Part shown: positions 1 to 9,061 of the stretch, piece after piece | Position numbering within the stretch: the first letter of the stretch is position 1 | How the letters are laid out: every line of letters starts with the position of its first letter | DNA from: an uncultured Candidatus Rokubacteria bacterium | GTDB lineage: Bacteria; Methylomirabilota; Methylomirabilia; Rokubacteriales; CSP1-6 | NCBI GenBank assembly: GCA_963840495.1 | Contig: CAWIZN010000044.1 | Span: 194,055 to 258,054 of the forward strand | Direction of reading: 5' to 3' | DNA length: 64,000 nucleotides | Program-made: the position numbers and the translations under genes | Notes under the pieces: generated by a model | Told to the model about the DNA's origin: nothing | What the model saw: only the letters and a program-made list of their open reading frames with translations | Databases searched by the model: none

Positions 1-2
1 TC

Positions 3-212
3 GGCCGCGCGGACGGCGATGGCCTCACGAGGCCGCACGCCTTCTGCGTCTTGAAGGACGGCGCGCACGGCGACGACGCGCTGCGGGATGCGCTCCGCGC
101 GACGGTCAAGCAGCGCCTGGCCGGGTACAAGGCCCCGCGCTGGATCGAGTTCGTGGCCGACCTGCCCAAGACCTCGACGGGCAAGATCCAGCGCTTTCGC
201 CTGCGCGAGTGA
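3..212 (+). CDS. AMP-forming acyl/aryl-CoA ligase, C-terminal end (5' part outside window)
   Basis: Translation from position 3 reads ...FCVLKDGAHGDDALRDALRATVKQRLAGYKAPRWIEFVADLPKTSTGKIQRFRLRE, followed by TGA at 210-212. The PKT.(S/T)GKI.R tail is the conserved C-terminal motif of adenylate-forming CoA ligases. Confidence 0.8.
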   Translation, partial: GRADGDGLTRPHAFCVLKDGAHGDDALRDALRATVKQRLAGYKAPRWIEFVADLPKTSTGKIQRFRLRE

Positions 213-221
213 CCCGCTCGT

Positions 222-650
222 TCAGCCGCCGGCGGCCTTCCAGCGCTTCAGCTTGTCCTCGAGGCGGGGCAGGCGCTGCGCGCCGTCGATGATGAAGCGC
301 TCGTGGGTGCCCTTGCCGGCCTCGTCGAGCTCGTCGCGCACCTCGACCCGGAACGCCAGGCGCCGGCGATCGACCTCGGTGAGCTCGACGGTGATGGTCA
401 CCGTCATGCCGACCGGTGTCGCGGCGAGGTGGGCGATGTCCACGCGCGTCCCCACCGTGGTCTGGCCGGGGGCGAGATGGGGCGCCACCGCCTCGATGGC
501 GGTCTGCTCGACGAGCCGGATCATGTCCGGCGTGGACAGGACGCGGATCGGATCCTGGCGCAGATGCGCCGGCGTCAGGTCGTCGGTGACGGTGACCGAT
601 CGGGAATGCCTGAGTCCCGCGGCGAGCGGGCCCTTCGCGCTGTCACTCAT
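222..650 (-). CDS. hotdog-fold thioesterase family protein
   Basis: 142-aa track ORF. The stretch ...RVLSTPDMIRLVEQTAIEAV...GQTTVGTRVDIAHLAATPVGMTVTITVELTEVDRRRLAFRVEVRDE fits the single-hotdog thioesterase (FlK/4HBT-like) pattern from memory. It is convergent with the ligase gene. Confidence 0.7.
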   Translation of the reverse strand: MSDSAKGPLAAGLRHSRSVTVTDDLTPAHLRQDPIRVLSTPDMIRLVEQTAIEAVAPHLAPGQTTVGTRVDIAHLAATPVGMTVTITVELTEVDRRRLAFRVEVRDELDEAGKGTHERFIIDGAQRLPRLEDKLKRWKAAGG

Positions 651-926
651 GACGCAGGACTATGGACGGCTTCCCCGAGCGTGTCAAGCCGCGCCCGCTC
701 CCACCGGCTCACGCATTCTCCGCTTGACAACGCTGGCGCGGTAGCTCGGCGAGTGTCGGCTGCGCTCGGTGGATGCCGGCCCAGCGGCCCGCACGGGCCC
801 GGTGCTTGGCGGCCGGGCAGGCCCGAACGAAAAATCATCGCTCATTCCCGCATCGCCCGTCCTGAGCGCTCCAGGGCGGCTCCGAAACCCGGGTGTAGAG
901 TCGCCTCAGTAGAAGGGAGGCTCGCC

Positions 927-1175
927 ATGGAGATCCACTCGACACCCATCCGCATGACCCTCGGACCCGTCGCGGAACTGGACCGGCTCGGCGATGAGAT
1001 CGCCGAGCTGTCGGCGCATCTCGAGGCCGCCTCCGCCCGCCTCCTCGACCTCATCCGCGAGTTCGATGCCCGCGGCGGCTGGTGTAACGGGTTCCGCTCC
1101 TGCGCCGACTGGCTGGGCTGGCGGATCGGCCTCGACCTCGGCACGGCCCGCGAGAAGAGTCCGCGTGGCGCGCGC
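927..1175 (+). pseudogene. DUF222 / HNH-endonuclease-family N-terminal fragment (relic)
   Basis: ATG at 927, inside track ORF 303..1439: MEIHSTPIRMTLGPVAELDRLGDEIAELSAHLEAASARLLDLIREFDARGGWCNGFRSCADWLGWRIGLDLGTAREK. This is the typical DUF222 N-terminus. Similarity ends near 1155-1175 and no HNH domain follows. Confidence 0.55.
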
Positions 1176-1189
1176 CTGACTGGCGCTGG

Positions 1190-3382
1190 CGGCCGATCCT
1201 GCCGGCGTTGCTGGCATTGCTGGACCTCCCGGTGGAGGACGCCGCCTGGCAGACCCTCGACCCGCTGCTCCGTCGCCAGCGCACGCTCGAGGCCGTCAAG
1301 CGCCTGTTGCTCCGGGAGAGTCAGGTGCAGCCGGTGCTGGTCGTGTTCGAGGATCTCCACTGGATCGACTCGGAGACCCAGGCGCTGCTCGACAGCCTGG
1401 TGGAGAGCCTGCCGACGGCGCGGCTCCTGCTCCTCGTGAACTATCGTCCGGAGTATCGGCACGCGTGGGGCAGCAAGACCTACTACCGGCAGCTCCACAT
1501 CGATCCCCTGCCGCCCGAGAGCGCGGACGTGCTGCTGCATGGGCTGCTCGGCGGCGATGCGACGCTCCACCCGCTGCGGGCCCTGCTCATTCCTCGCACC
1601 GGGGGCAACCCATTCTTTCTCGAGGAGAGCGTGCGCACCCTGGTCGAGACCGGCGTCCTGGTCGGCGAGCGCGGGGCATACCACCTGGCCCGAGAGGCAG
1701 GCGAGCATTCAGATTCCCGAGACGGTCCAGGCGGTGCTGGCCGCCCGCATTGACCGGCTGCCACCCGAGGAGAAGCGGCTGCTGCAATGTGCGGCCGCCG
1801 TCGGCAAGGACGTGCCGTTCAGCGTGCTCACGGCGATCGCCGACGGACCGGAGTCGGAGCTGCGGCGCCGCCTCGTCAACCTCCAGGCCGCTGAGTTCCT
1901 GTACGAGGCCCGGCTCTTCCCGGACCTGGAATACGTGTTCAAGCACGCGCTGACCCAGGAAGTGGCGTACGCGGGCCTGACAAGCGATCGCCGGCGCGCG
2001 CTCGACACGGCGATCGTCGGCGTCCTCGAGCAGGTGGCGGTCGAGCGAGCCCGACGAACACGTCGAGCGCTTGGCGCACCACGCGTTCAGGGGAGAGAGC
2101 TGGTCCAAGGCGGCCACCTACCTTCAGCAGGCGGGCGACAAAGCATTGACGCGGTCCGCATATCGTCAAGCGATCGCCCATTTCGAGCGGGCGCTGCTCG
2201 CCCTCGCGCATCAGCCGGAAGCGGCGAGAACGCTCGAGCAGTTCGTCGACATCAAGATGAGCGCCCGCGTCGCCATGACTGGCCCTCGGTGAGCTCGAAG
2301 CGCGCTCGTCCATATGCGCGACGCGTTGTCGGCCGCGGAGCGGTTGCAGGACTCGGTCCGTATTGCGCTCAGCTCCAGCGGGATCGCCCACATCCTTTGC
2401 TATACTCGGGCGCGCTGTCGAAGCCCTGCCGTACGGGCGTCGCGCGGTCGAGGCCGCAACCATTCTCAACGAGAGACGGTCCACCATTCGCGCGCATATG
2501 GTGCTCGGCGCCACACATTGGCTGCTGGGGCACTATCGTCAGGCGACGGATCATCTCGAGAAGAGTCGCGAGCTGACGAAGAGTGACATTCGACGTGGAG
2601 CCGCCTTGCCGTTTTCGTTCATGGCCGACTGCGCGACCTCGCGCGCGTGGCTGGCGTTGAATCTGGTCGAGCTGGGAGAGTTCGATCTGGCCATCCGCGT
2701 GGCCGACGAAGCGGTGGAGCTCGCAGAGTCCGCCCAGCATCCTCACCTACTCGCCCGGTTCGCGGTGTCCTGGGTGCGCCTCAGGCGTGGGGAAGGGACG
2801 AGCGTCATCCCGGAGCTGGAACAGGGGTTGGCTCGGTGCAGAGCGATGAACCACCTGAATATGGCGACTCCGGATAGCGCCGCGCTGGGCCGGGCGTACA
2901 CGCTGGCGGGGCGCTCGGCGGACGCTGTCGCCCTGCTCGAAGACACCGTGATCAGAGCCGAGACCTACAACCGCGCCAATCGGGCCTTGTGGCTGAGCTT
3001 TCTGAGCGACGCGTATCTGCTCGCCGGGCGCTCCAGCGACGCCGCCGAGACCGCCCGTCGGGGCATCGAGGGAGCGCGGGCGCGGCAGGAGCGGGGTGAA
3101 GAGGCCTGGAACCTCCATGCCCTTGCTGAGGCGCTGTGTGCGGATGCTTCCGATGTGAGCGGGGCCGAAGGCCACTACCGCGAGGCCCTCGCCCTCGCCG
3201 AGGAGCTCAGCATGCGCCCCCTCGTGGCTCGCTGCCACGCCGGCCTCGCGAATCTCTACCGGCGGACCGGTCAACATCAGCAGGCTCGCGAGCTCCTCAC
3301 CACGGCGATGACGATGTACCGCGAGATGGGCATGCGCTTCTGGCTGAGCGAGGCGGAAGCTGAGATGAAAGCGTTGGAGTAG
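1190..3382 (+). pseudogene. large ATPase/TPR signal-transduction regulator (adenylate-cyclase/AAA/TPR family), 5'-truncated and frameshifted
   Basis: Pieces in three frames (track ORFs 1208..1753, 1539..2576, 2071..2292, 2314..2586, 2363..3382) join into four segments. They are ...ILPALLALLDLPVEDAAWQTLDPLLRRQRTLEAVKRLLLRESQVQPVLVVFEDLHWIDSETQALLDSLV..., then ...IQIPETVQAVLAARIDRLPPEEKRLLQCAAAVGKDVPF..., then ...HVERLAHHAFRGESWSKAATYLQQAG..., then TPR-like repeats ending RFWLSEAEAEMKALE*. The cyclase/P-loop N-terminus is missing. Frame changes are needed near 1705, 2040, 2290 and 2400. Confidence 0.65.
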
Positions 3383-3400
3383 CCGCGCGCCCGTTCCGCG

Positions 3401-3430
3401 TTGCCGCCTCCGTTCTACTCCTGATATCAT
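3401..3430 (+). promoter_or_regulatory. sigma70-type promoter TTGCCG-N18-TATCAT, positioned for a leaderless accC transcript
   Basis: TTGCCG at 3401-3406 and TATCAT at 3425-3430. The GTG start at 3440 lies 9 nt after the -10 element, with no Shine-Dalgarno in between. Confidence 0.45.
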
Positions 3431-3439
3431 GCGGGCGCC

Positions 3440-4946
3440 GTGACGCCGCCCTTCAGAAAAGTCCTCATCGCCAATCGCGGGGAGATCGCCGTCCGGGTCA
3501 TCCGGGCCTGCCGCGAGATGGGCATCGCCACGGTCGCCGTCTACTCGGAGGCCGACCGGGAATCGCTCCACGTCCTGCTCGCCGACGAGGCGGTGCTGCT
3601 GGGGCCGCCTCCCGCGGCGGAGAGCTATCTCGCCATCGACAAGCTCATCGCGGCGGCGCGGGCCGCGGGCGCCGATGCGGTGCATCCCGGCTACGGCTTC
3701 CTCGCCGAGAACGCCGCCTTCGCCGAGGCGTGTGTCGCCGCTCAGCTCGTGTGGATCGGCCCGCCGCCCTCGGCCATCCGGTCCATGGGCGACAAGATGG
3801 CCGCGCGCCGCGTGGCGATGAAGATGAAGGTGCCGGTGGTGCCGGGCACCACGGAGCCCCTCGCGGACGATGCCGAGGCGGCCCGCGTGGCGGCCGAGGT
3901 CGGCTATCCGGTGATGATCAAGGCGGCGATGGGCGGCGGCGGCAAGGGCATGCGCCTGGTCCGCGCGCCCGGCTGAGCTCGCCGGGGCGCTGCGCGCGGC
4001 GCGCTCCGAGGCCGGCGCGGCCTTCGGCGACGCCGCGGTCTACGTCGAGCGCTACGTCGAGGAGCCGCGCCACATCGAGATCCAGATCCTCGCCGACGGG
4101 CACGGCAATGTCGTGCACCTGGGCGAGCGGGAATGCTCGATCCAGCGCCGGCACCAGAAGCTGATCGAGGAGAGCCCCTCGCCCTTCGTCACGCCCGAGA
4201 TGCGGGCGCGCATGGGCGAGGCGGCGTGCGCGGTGGCGGCGGCCGTCGGCTACGTGAATGCCGGCACCGTCGAGTTCCTCGTCGACCGGGAGCGGCGCTT
4301 CTACTTCCTCGAGATGAACACCCGCCTGCAGGTCGAGCATCCGGTGACCGAGCTGGTCACGGGGCGCGATCTGGTCAAGGAGCAGCTCCGGATCGCCGCG
4401 GGCGACAAGCTCGGCTTCACCCAGGACGACGTCGTCGCGACGGGGTGGGCCATCGAGTGCCGCATCAATGCCGAGGACCCGCACGCCGGCTTCATCCCGT
4501 CGCCCGGGCGCATCACCAGCCTGCGGCCGGCGAGCGGGCCCTGGGTGCGCGACGACTCCGGCGTCTACGGCGGCTACACCATTCCGCGCTTCTACGACAC
4601 GCTCATGGCCAAGCTCGTGGTGTGGGGCCCGGACCGCGAGGCGGCCATCGCGCGCATGGCGCGGGCGCTCGCCGAGTACAAGGTGGTCGGTGTGCGGACC
4701 ACGATCCCGCTGCTCGAGCACATCGTGGCGGATCCGGACTTCGCCGCGGGGCGGCTCTCCACGGCCTTCCTCGACCGGCTGCTCGACCGGGCCCGGCCCG
4801 AGGCGCAGGGCCGGCGGCGGAGCATCGCACTGATCGCGGCCGCGCTCGCCGCCTATGACCGCGCGGGCGTGCAGGCGGCGCCGCCCGCCCCCGCCGCGAC
4901 GGGGGCGTGGAGGCAGGCGGTGCGGCCGGGCTGGAGGAGCCGGTGA
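3440..4946 (+). pseudogene. accC: biotin carboxylase (acetyl/acyl-CoA carboxylase ATP-grasp subunit), one frameshift as sequenced
   Basis: Track ORFs 3440..3976 ([29 protein letters not shown]...[20 protein letters not shown]) and 4113..4946 ([23 protein letters not shown]...[14 protein letters not shown]...) are the two halves of a biotin carboxylase. The missing link, [47 protein letters not shown], is readable in the second frame. The break is near 3970. Confidence 0.85.
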
Positions 4947-5440
4947 AGTTCCGGGCGGAGCTGGCCGGCGAGACCATCCCCATCGAGGTGACGGGCGAGG
5001 GCGGGCGATACCGCGTCGTCGTCGGCGATGCTGCGTCCGACGTCGACGCGCGCCAGGTCGCCGAGGGCATCTGGTCGATCCTCATCGGGGGCGCCTCCCA
5101 CATCGTCGACGTGAGCGAGGAGGACGGCGTCTCGCTCGTCGAGGTGGACGGAGAGAGCTATTCCATCCGGGTGGAGGAAGAGACGCGCTACATCATCCGC
5201 ACGCGCGGCGGCAAGGCGGGCGCCAGCGGCCAGGTGCTCAAGGCCCCCATGCCGGGCAAGGTCGTGCTCGTCGAGGTGGAGGTCGGGCAGGTCGTCGCGG
5301 CGGGCGACGGGCTCATCGTCCTCGAGGCCATGAAGATGGAGAACGAGTTTCGCGCGGTGGCGGCGGGGACGGTCGTGGAGATCCGCGTCGAGGCCGGCCA
5401 GGCCGTCAATCTCGGCGACGTCCTCGTCGTGATCGAGTAG
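4907..5440 (+). CDS. biotin/lipoyl-attachment (BCCP-like) protein; possibly the C-terminal part of a fused carboxylase alpha chain
   Basis: 177-aa track ORF ending ...[43 protein letters not shown]..., which contains the biotinylation motif EAMKM. It overlaps the accC 3' end by 40 nt in another frame. Confidence 0.75.
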   Translation: MEAGGAAGLEEPVKFRAELAGETIPIEVTGEGGRYRVVVGDAASDVDARQVAEGIWSILIGGASHIVDVSEEDGVSLVEVDGESYSIRVEEETRYIIRTRGGKAGASGQVLKAPMPGKVVLVEVEVGQVVAAGDGLIVLEAMKMENEFRAVAAGTVVEIRVEAGQAVNLGDVLVVIE

Positions 5441-5454
5441 CGGGAGCCCGCGCC

Positions 5455-6193
5455 GTGGCCCAGGCCATCCAGTTCAAGAGCGTCGACAAGTGGTTCGGCC
5501 CGCTCCACGTCCTCGCCGACGTGAGCCTCGACGTGGAGGCGGGCGAGGTCATCGTGGTGTGCGGGCCCTCGGGCTCGGGGAAGAGCACGCTGATCCGCTG
5601 CGTCAACCGCCTGGAGCCGATCCAGAAGGGCGAGATCCTCGTCCACGGGGAGTCCATCACGGCGCCGCGGGTCGATCTCGCGCGGCTGCGCGCCGAGGTG
5701 GGCATGGTCTTTCAGTCCTTCAACCTGTTCCCGCACATGACGGCGCTCGAGAACATCATGCTCGCGCCGGTGAAGGTCAAGGGCATCCCGCGGGCGGAGG
5801 CGCGAGAAGACCGCGCGCGAGCTCCTGGCGCGGGTGCGCATCCCCGACCGCGCGGGCTCGTATCCCGCCAACATGTCGGGGGGGCAGCAGCAGCGCGTGG
5901 CCATCGCCCGGGCGCTCGCCATGCAGCCGAGGATCATGCTCTTCGACGAGCCGACCTCGGCGCTCGACCCCGAGATGATCAACGAGGTGCTCGACGTCAT
6001 GACCGACCTCGCCCGCTCGGGCATGACCATGATGGTGGTGACCCACGAGATGGGCTTCGCGCGCCGGGTCGCCCACCGCGTCGTGTTCATGGACGCGGGC
6101 CGCATCGTCGAGGTGCAGGAGCCGGAGCCGTTCTTCGCCGCGCCGCGGTCCGAGCGGGCGAAGGAATTCCTGTCGAAGATCCTCTCCCACTAG
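5455..6193 (+). pseudogene. polar amino-acid ABC transporter ATP-binding protein (GlnQ/GltL type), one frameshift
   Basis: GTG at 5455, preceded by GGGAG. N-terminal half: VAQAIQFKSVDKWFGPLHVLADVSLDVEAGEVIVVCGPSGSGKSTLIRCVNRLEP...[24 protein letters not shown], with a Walker A motif. It continues in track ORF 5834..6193 ([33 protein letters not shown]...) with the ABC signature and Walker B. The shift is near 5802. Confidence 0.85.
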
Positions 6194-6223
6194 TCGACCA
6201 CCCAACCTCAAAGGAGAACGCAG

Positions 6224-7084
6224 ATGCGGAAGATCATCGCCGCCGTCCTGACGCTGGCCGTCGCCCTCGCCGGGGCGGCCGGGTCCGCTCTCGCCGAGAC
6301 CACGCTCGAGAAGATCGCGCGGACCGACACGCTGACGATCGGCACGCGGACGGGCTCGCCGCCCTTCGCCTACGTCAACAGCAAGAACGAGTGGGTGGGG
6401 TTCTCGATCGACCTGGTCGAGCAGCTCGTGCTGCCCGAGGTGTCGAAGAAGCTCGGCAAGCCGATCAAGCTCGAGAAGAAGGAATCGACGCCGCCCACGC
6501 GGATCCCGCTCCTGTCGTCCAATGCCGTGGACCTCATCGCGGGCACGATGACGGATACCCGGCCGCGCCGGGACAGCGTGGACTTTTCCCTGACGTTCTT
6601 CGTGACGGGCGCCCAGTTCCTCGTCAAGAAGGGGAGCCCGATCAAGAGCATCAAGAACATCGACGGCAAGCGGATCGCGGCCCAGCAGGGGTCGACGAAT
6701 GCGCGGATCCTGCGCGAGAAGGCGCCGAAGGCGATGCTGCGGGAGTTTCCGGACCAGCCGGCGGCATTCCAGGCGCTCTTGCAGGGGCAGGTGGACGCGT
6801 TCACGAACGACGGCATCCAGCTCGCGGGGCTGAAGCTGAAGGCGCCGAAGCCGGAGCAATGGGAGGTGGTGGGGGACTTCTACTCCTATGAGCCGTACGG
6901 GATGGCGATGCGGAAGAACGACTCGGACTTTCGCGCGGTCGTGAACAATGGGCTGATGGACGGGATCGAGTCGGGGAGGTTCTTCGAGATCTACGACAAG
7001 TGGTTCGGGCCCAAGGGCGAGCTGCCCTATCCCATGAGCGCCCAGGTCCGCAGCTTCATGCTCCTGCAGGTCGTCCCCAAGTAA
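6224..7084 (+). CDS. amino-acid ABC transporter substrate-binding protein (family 3)
   Basis: 286-aa ORF with a signal peptide (MRKIIAAVLTLAVALAGAAGSALA) and an AAGGAG RBS. The body is typical of glutamate/aspartate-type periplasmic binding proteins, and it sits between the ATPase and permease genes. Confidence 0.85.
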   Translation: MRKIIAAVLTLAVALAGAAGSALAETTLEKIARTDTLTIGTRTGSPPFAYVNSKNEWVGFSIDLVEQLVLPEVSKKLGKPIKLEKKESTPPTRIPLLSSNAVDLIAGTMTDTRPRRDSVDFSLTFFVTGAQFLVKKGSPIKSIKNIDGKRIAAQQGSTNARILREKAPKAMLREFPDQPAAFQALLQGQVDAFTNDGIQLAGLKLKAPKPEQWEVVGDFYSYEPYGMAMRKNDSDFRAVVNNGLMDGIESGRFFEIYDKWFGPKGELPYPMSAQVRSFMLLQVVPK

Positions 7085-7115
7085 CGCCCGAAGTAACGCC
7101 GGGGGACGTTCGGCC

Positions 7116-7838
7116 GTGCAGTACAAGTTCGATTGGTCGGTGTTGTGGACGGGGCAGTCCGGGGAGTGGCTGCTCAGCGGCCTCATCGTCACGCTCGAGC
7201 TGTCGGCGCTGGGCTGGCTGCTCGCCGTCGTCCTCGGCATCGTGTCGGGGGCGCTCCGGACGGTGCCCTACCGGCCGCTCCGGGCGCTGGCCACCTTCTA
7301 CGTCGAGTTCTTCCGGAACGTGCCGCTGCTCGTGTGGATGTTCTTCTGGTACTTCGCGGTGCCGCCGCTCCTGCCCGAGACGACCCAGGAGTTCCTCTTC
7401 GCCCACTCGCTGGAGTTCTGGGCGGCGGTGGTCGCCCTCGGGGTCTACAGCGGCGCGCGCTTCTCGGAGGTGCTGCGCTCCGGCATCCAGGCCATCCCCA
7501 AGACCCAGTTCGAGGCCTCCGTCGCCTCCGGGCTCACCACCTTCCAGTCCTACCGCTACGTGATCCTGCCCGTCGCGCTCCGGCTCATCCTTCCCCCCGC
7601 CACCAGCGAGTCCCTGAACCTCCTCAAGAACTCCTCCGTGGCCCTCACCATCAGCGTCGCCGAGCTGACCTTCCAGACCCGCCAGATCGAGACCTACACC
7701 GCCAAGGCCATCGAAGCCCTCACCGCGGGCACGCTCATCTACCTGGTCCTCTGCGTCTCCCTCGCGACCATCATGGGCTGGGTGGAGCGCCGCACAGCCA
7801 TCCCCGGCCTCATCACGGCGGGCCGCCAACAGCGATGA
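7116..7838 (+). CDS. amino-acid ABC transporter permease (HisMQ/GltJ type)
   Basis: 240-aa hydrophobic ORF with the conserved EAA-loop region ...GLTTFQSYRYVILPVALRLILPPATSESLNLLKNSSVALTISVAELT. Confidence 0.85.
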   Translation: MQYKFDWSVLWTGQSGEWLLSGLIVTLELSALGWLLAVVLGIVSGALRTVPYRPLRALATFYVEFFRNVPLLVWMFFWYFAVPPLLPETTQEFLFAHSLEFWAAVVALGVYSGARFSEVLRSGIQAIPKTQFEASVASGLTTFQSYRYVILPVALRLILPPATSESLNLLKNSSVALTISVAELTFQTRQIETYTAKAIEALTAGTLIYLVLCVSLATIMGWVERRTAIPGLITAGRQQR

Positions 7839-7899
7839 AGCCGTCCCCCGCAGAGTCGAGCGTCCACCGTCCTGTCCGATCGATCGACCGCAGCGCGGA

Positions 7900-8063
7900 G
7901 CCGCGGGGTCGGGGCGGGAGGGGGCGCTCTCCCCGGGACCGTATCTTCTGCGCATCTTCGAAGCCGCCAAACCAACCTCTCGTGGCCCGTCCTAGAGTGC
8001 TGTCGACGGTTGCGAGTCAGCGTGTCCCGGGGAGAGCGCCCCCTCCCGCCCCGGCCCCGCGGC
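7900..8063. repeat. MITE-like element / long hairpin with 40-bp near-perfect terminal inverted repeats
   Basis: 7900-7939 (gccgcggggtcggggcgggagggggcgctctccccgggac) is the reverse complement of 8024-8063 with one mismatch. The arms are 84 bp apart. The element fills the spacer between the two permease genes. Confidence 0.8.
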
Positions 8064-8067
8064 GTCG

Positions 8068-8778
8068 ATGTCCGCCAACCGATACGGAGCACGCGGTACG
8101 GACGTGGACCTCGACGTCATCTGGCGCAACCTCCCGTTCCTGATGATCCAGGGCTTCCTGGGCTTCGGGAACTTCGTGGGCGGCACCGTGCGCCTGGCCA
8201 TCCCCGCGATCGTGCTCGGCTTCCTGCTCGGGATCTTCATCGGGATCGGCCGCCTCGCCCCGCAATGGTGGATCCGGCTGCCCGCCACGCTCTACGTCGA
8301 GTTCTTCCGCGGCGTGCCCCTCGTCATGGTGATCTTCTGGATGTGGTTCGTCATGCCGATGGTGCTCGGGACGGCCATTCCCGAGTTCGGCGTGGCCCTC
8401 GCCGCCTTCGTCATCTTCGAGGCGGCGTACTTCGGCGAGATCGTCCGCGCGGGCATCCAGTCCGTGGCGCGCGGGCAGGTGGAGGCCGGCCGGGCGCTCG
8501 GGCTCACGGGGACGCAATCGATGCGCTTCGTGGTCCTGCCCCAGGCCTTGAAGAACATGATCCCGTCGCTCGTGACCCAGTTCATCGTGCTCTTCAAGGA
8601 CACCTCGCTCGCCTCCATCATCGGCTTCATGGACCTGACCAAGGCCGCCCAGGTCGTGAACAACCGCGAGATCCGCCCGTTCCAGCTCTACCTCTTCATC
8701 GCCGTCGTCTACTGGATCTGCACCTACTCGATGTCGCGCTACGCCCGCTACCTGGAGAAGAGGCTCGGCCCTGCCTGA
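8068..8778 (+). CDS. amino-acid ABC transporter permease (GltK type)
   Basis: 236-aa ORF containing ...AAYFGEIVRAGIQSVARGQVEAGRALGLTGTQSMRFVVLPQALKNMIPSLVTQFIVLFKDTSLASIIG..., the EAA-loop signature of polar amino-acid permeases. Confidence 0.85.
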   Translation: MSANRYGARGTDVDLDVIWRNLPFLMIQGFLGFGNFVGGTVRLAIPAIVLGFLLGIFIGIGRLAPQWWIRLPATLYVEFFRGVPLVMVIFWMWFVMPMVLGTAIPEFGVALAAFVIFEAAYFGEIVRAGIQSVARGQVEAGRALGLTGTQSMRFVVLPQALKNMIPSLVTQFIVLFKDTSLASIIGFMDLTKAAQVVNNREIRPFQLYLFIAVVYWICTYSMSRYARYLEKRLGPA

Positions 8779-8779
8779 G

Positions 8780-9025
8780 GTGACGCTCCCGACGGGCGTC
8801 CGCCTGCACTGGCGGGAGGCCGGTGACCCCGCGTCGCCCGCCGTGGTCTGGATCCACGGCGGCTCGGTGGAGGACTCCTCGTTCATGCTCCCGGACCTCG
8901 AGCCCTTCCTGCCCCGGATCCGGGCGCTCTTCCCCGACACCAGGGGCACTCGAAGCCATCGCGCCGAGGTGCAGTCGGTGATCGCAGATTTTTTCGCGGC
9001 AATCGCGTTCGCGTCGCCGATATAG
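8780..9025 (+). pseudogene. alpha/beta-hydrolase N-terminal fragment (relic)
   Basis: 81-aa ORF: MTLPTGVRLHWREAGDPASPAVVWIHGGSVEDSSF...RALFPDTRG. It matches only the first ~60 residues of alpha/beta-fold hydrolases (HGG oxyanion region). No nucleophile elbow follows and the tail is AT-rich junk. Confidence 0.5.
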
Positions 9026-9055
9026 TTGACACTTCGCGCAACGTCTGACCATAGT
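9026..9055 (+). promoter_or_regulatory. sigma70-type promoter TTGACA-N18-CATAGT, leaderless layout for the DUF898 gene
   Basis: TTGACA at 9026-9031 and CATAGT at 9050-9055. The ATG at 9062 lies 6 nt after the -10 element. Confidence 0.45.
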
Positions 9056-9061
9056 GCGCTC

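Noticed and set aside
4855-6891. 678-aa ORF in the track, the longest in this region
   Set aside because: It is an Arg/Gly/Pro-rich out-of-frame read-through typical of high-GC DNA. Only its segment 5455-~5802 (the glnQ-like N-terminal half) is protein-like. The rest overlaps the BCCP, ATPase C-terminal and SBP genes in the wrong frame.
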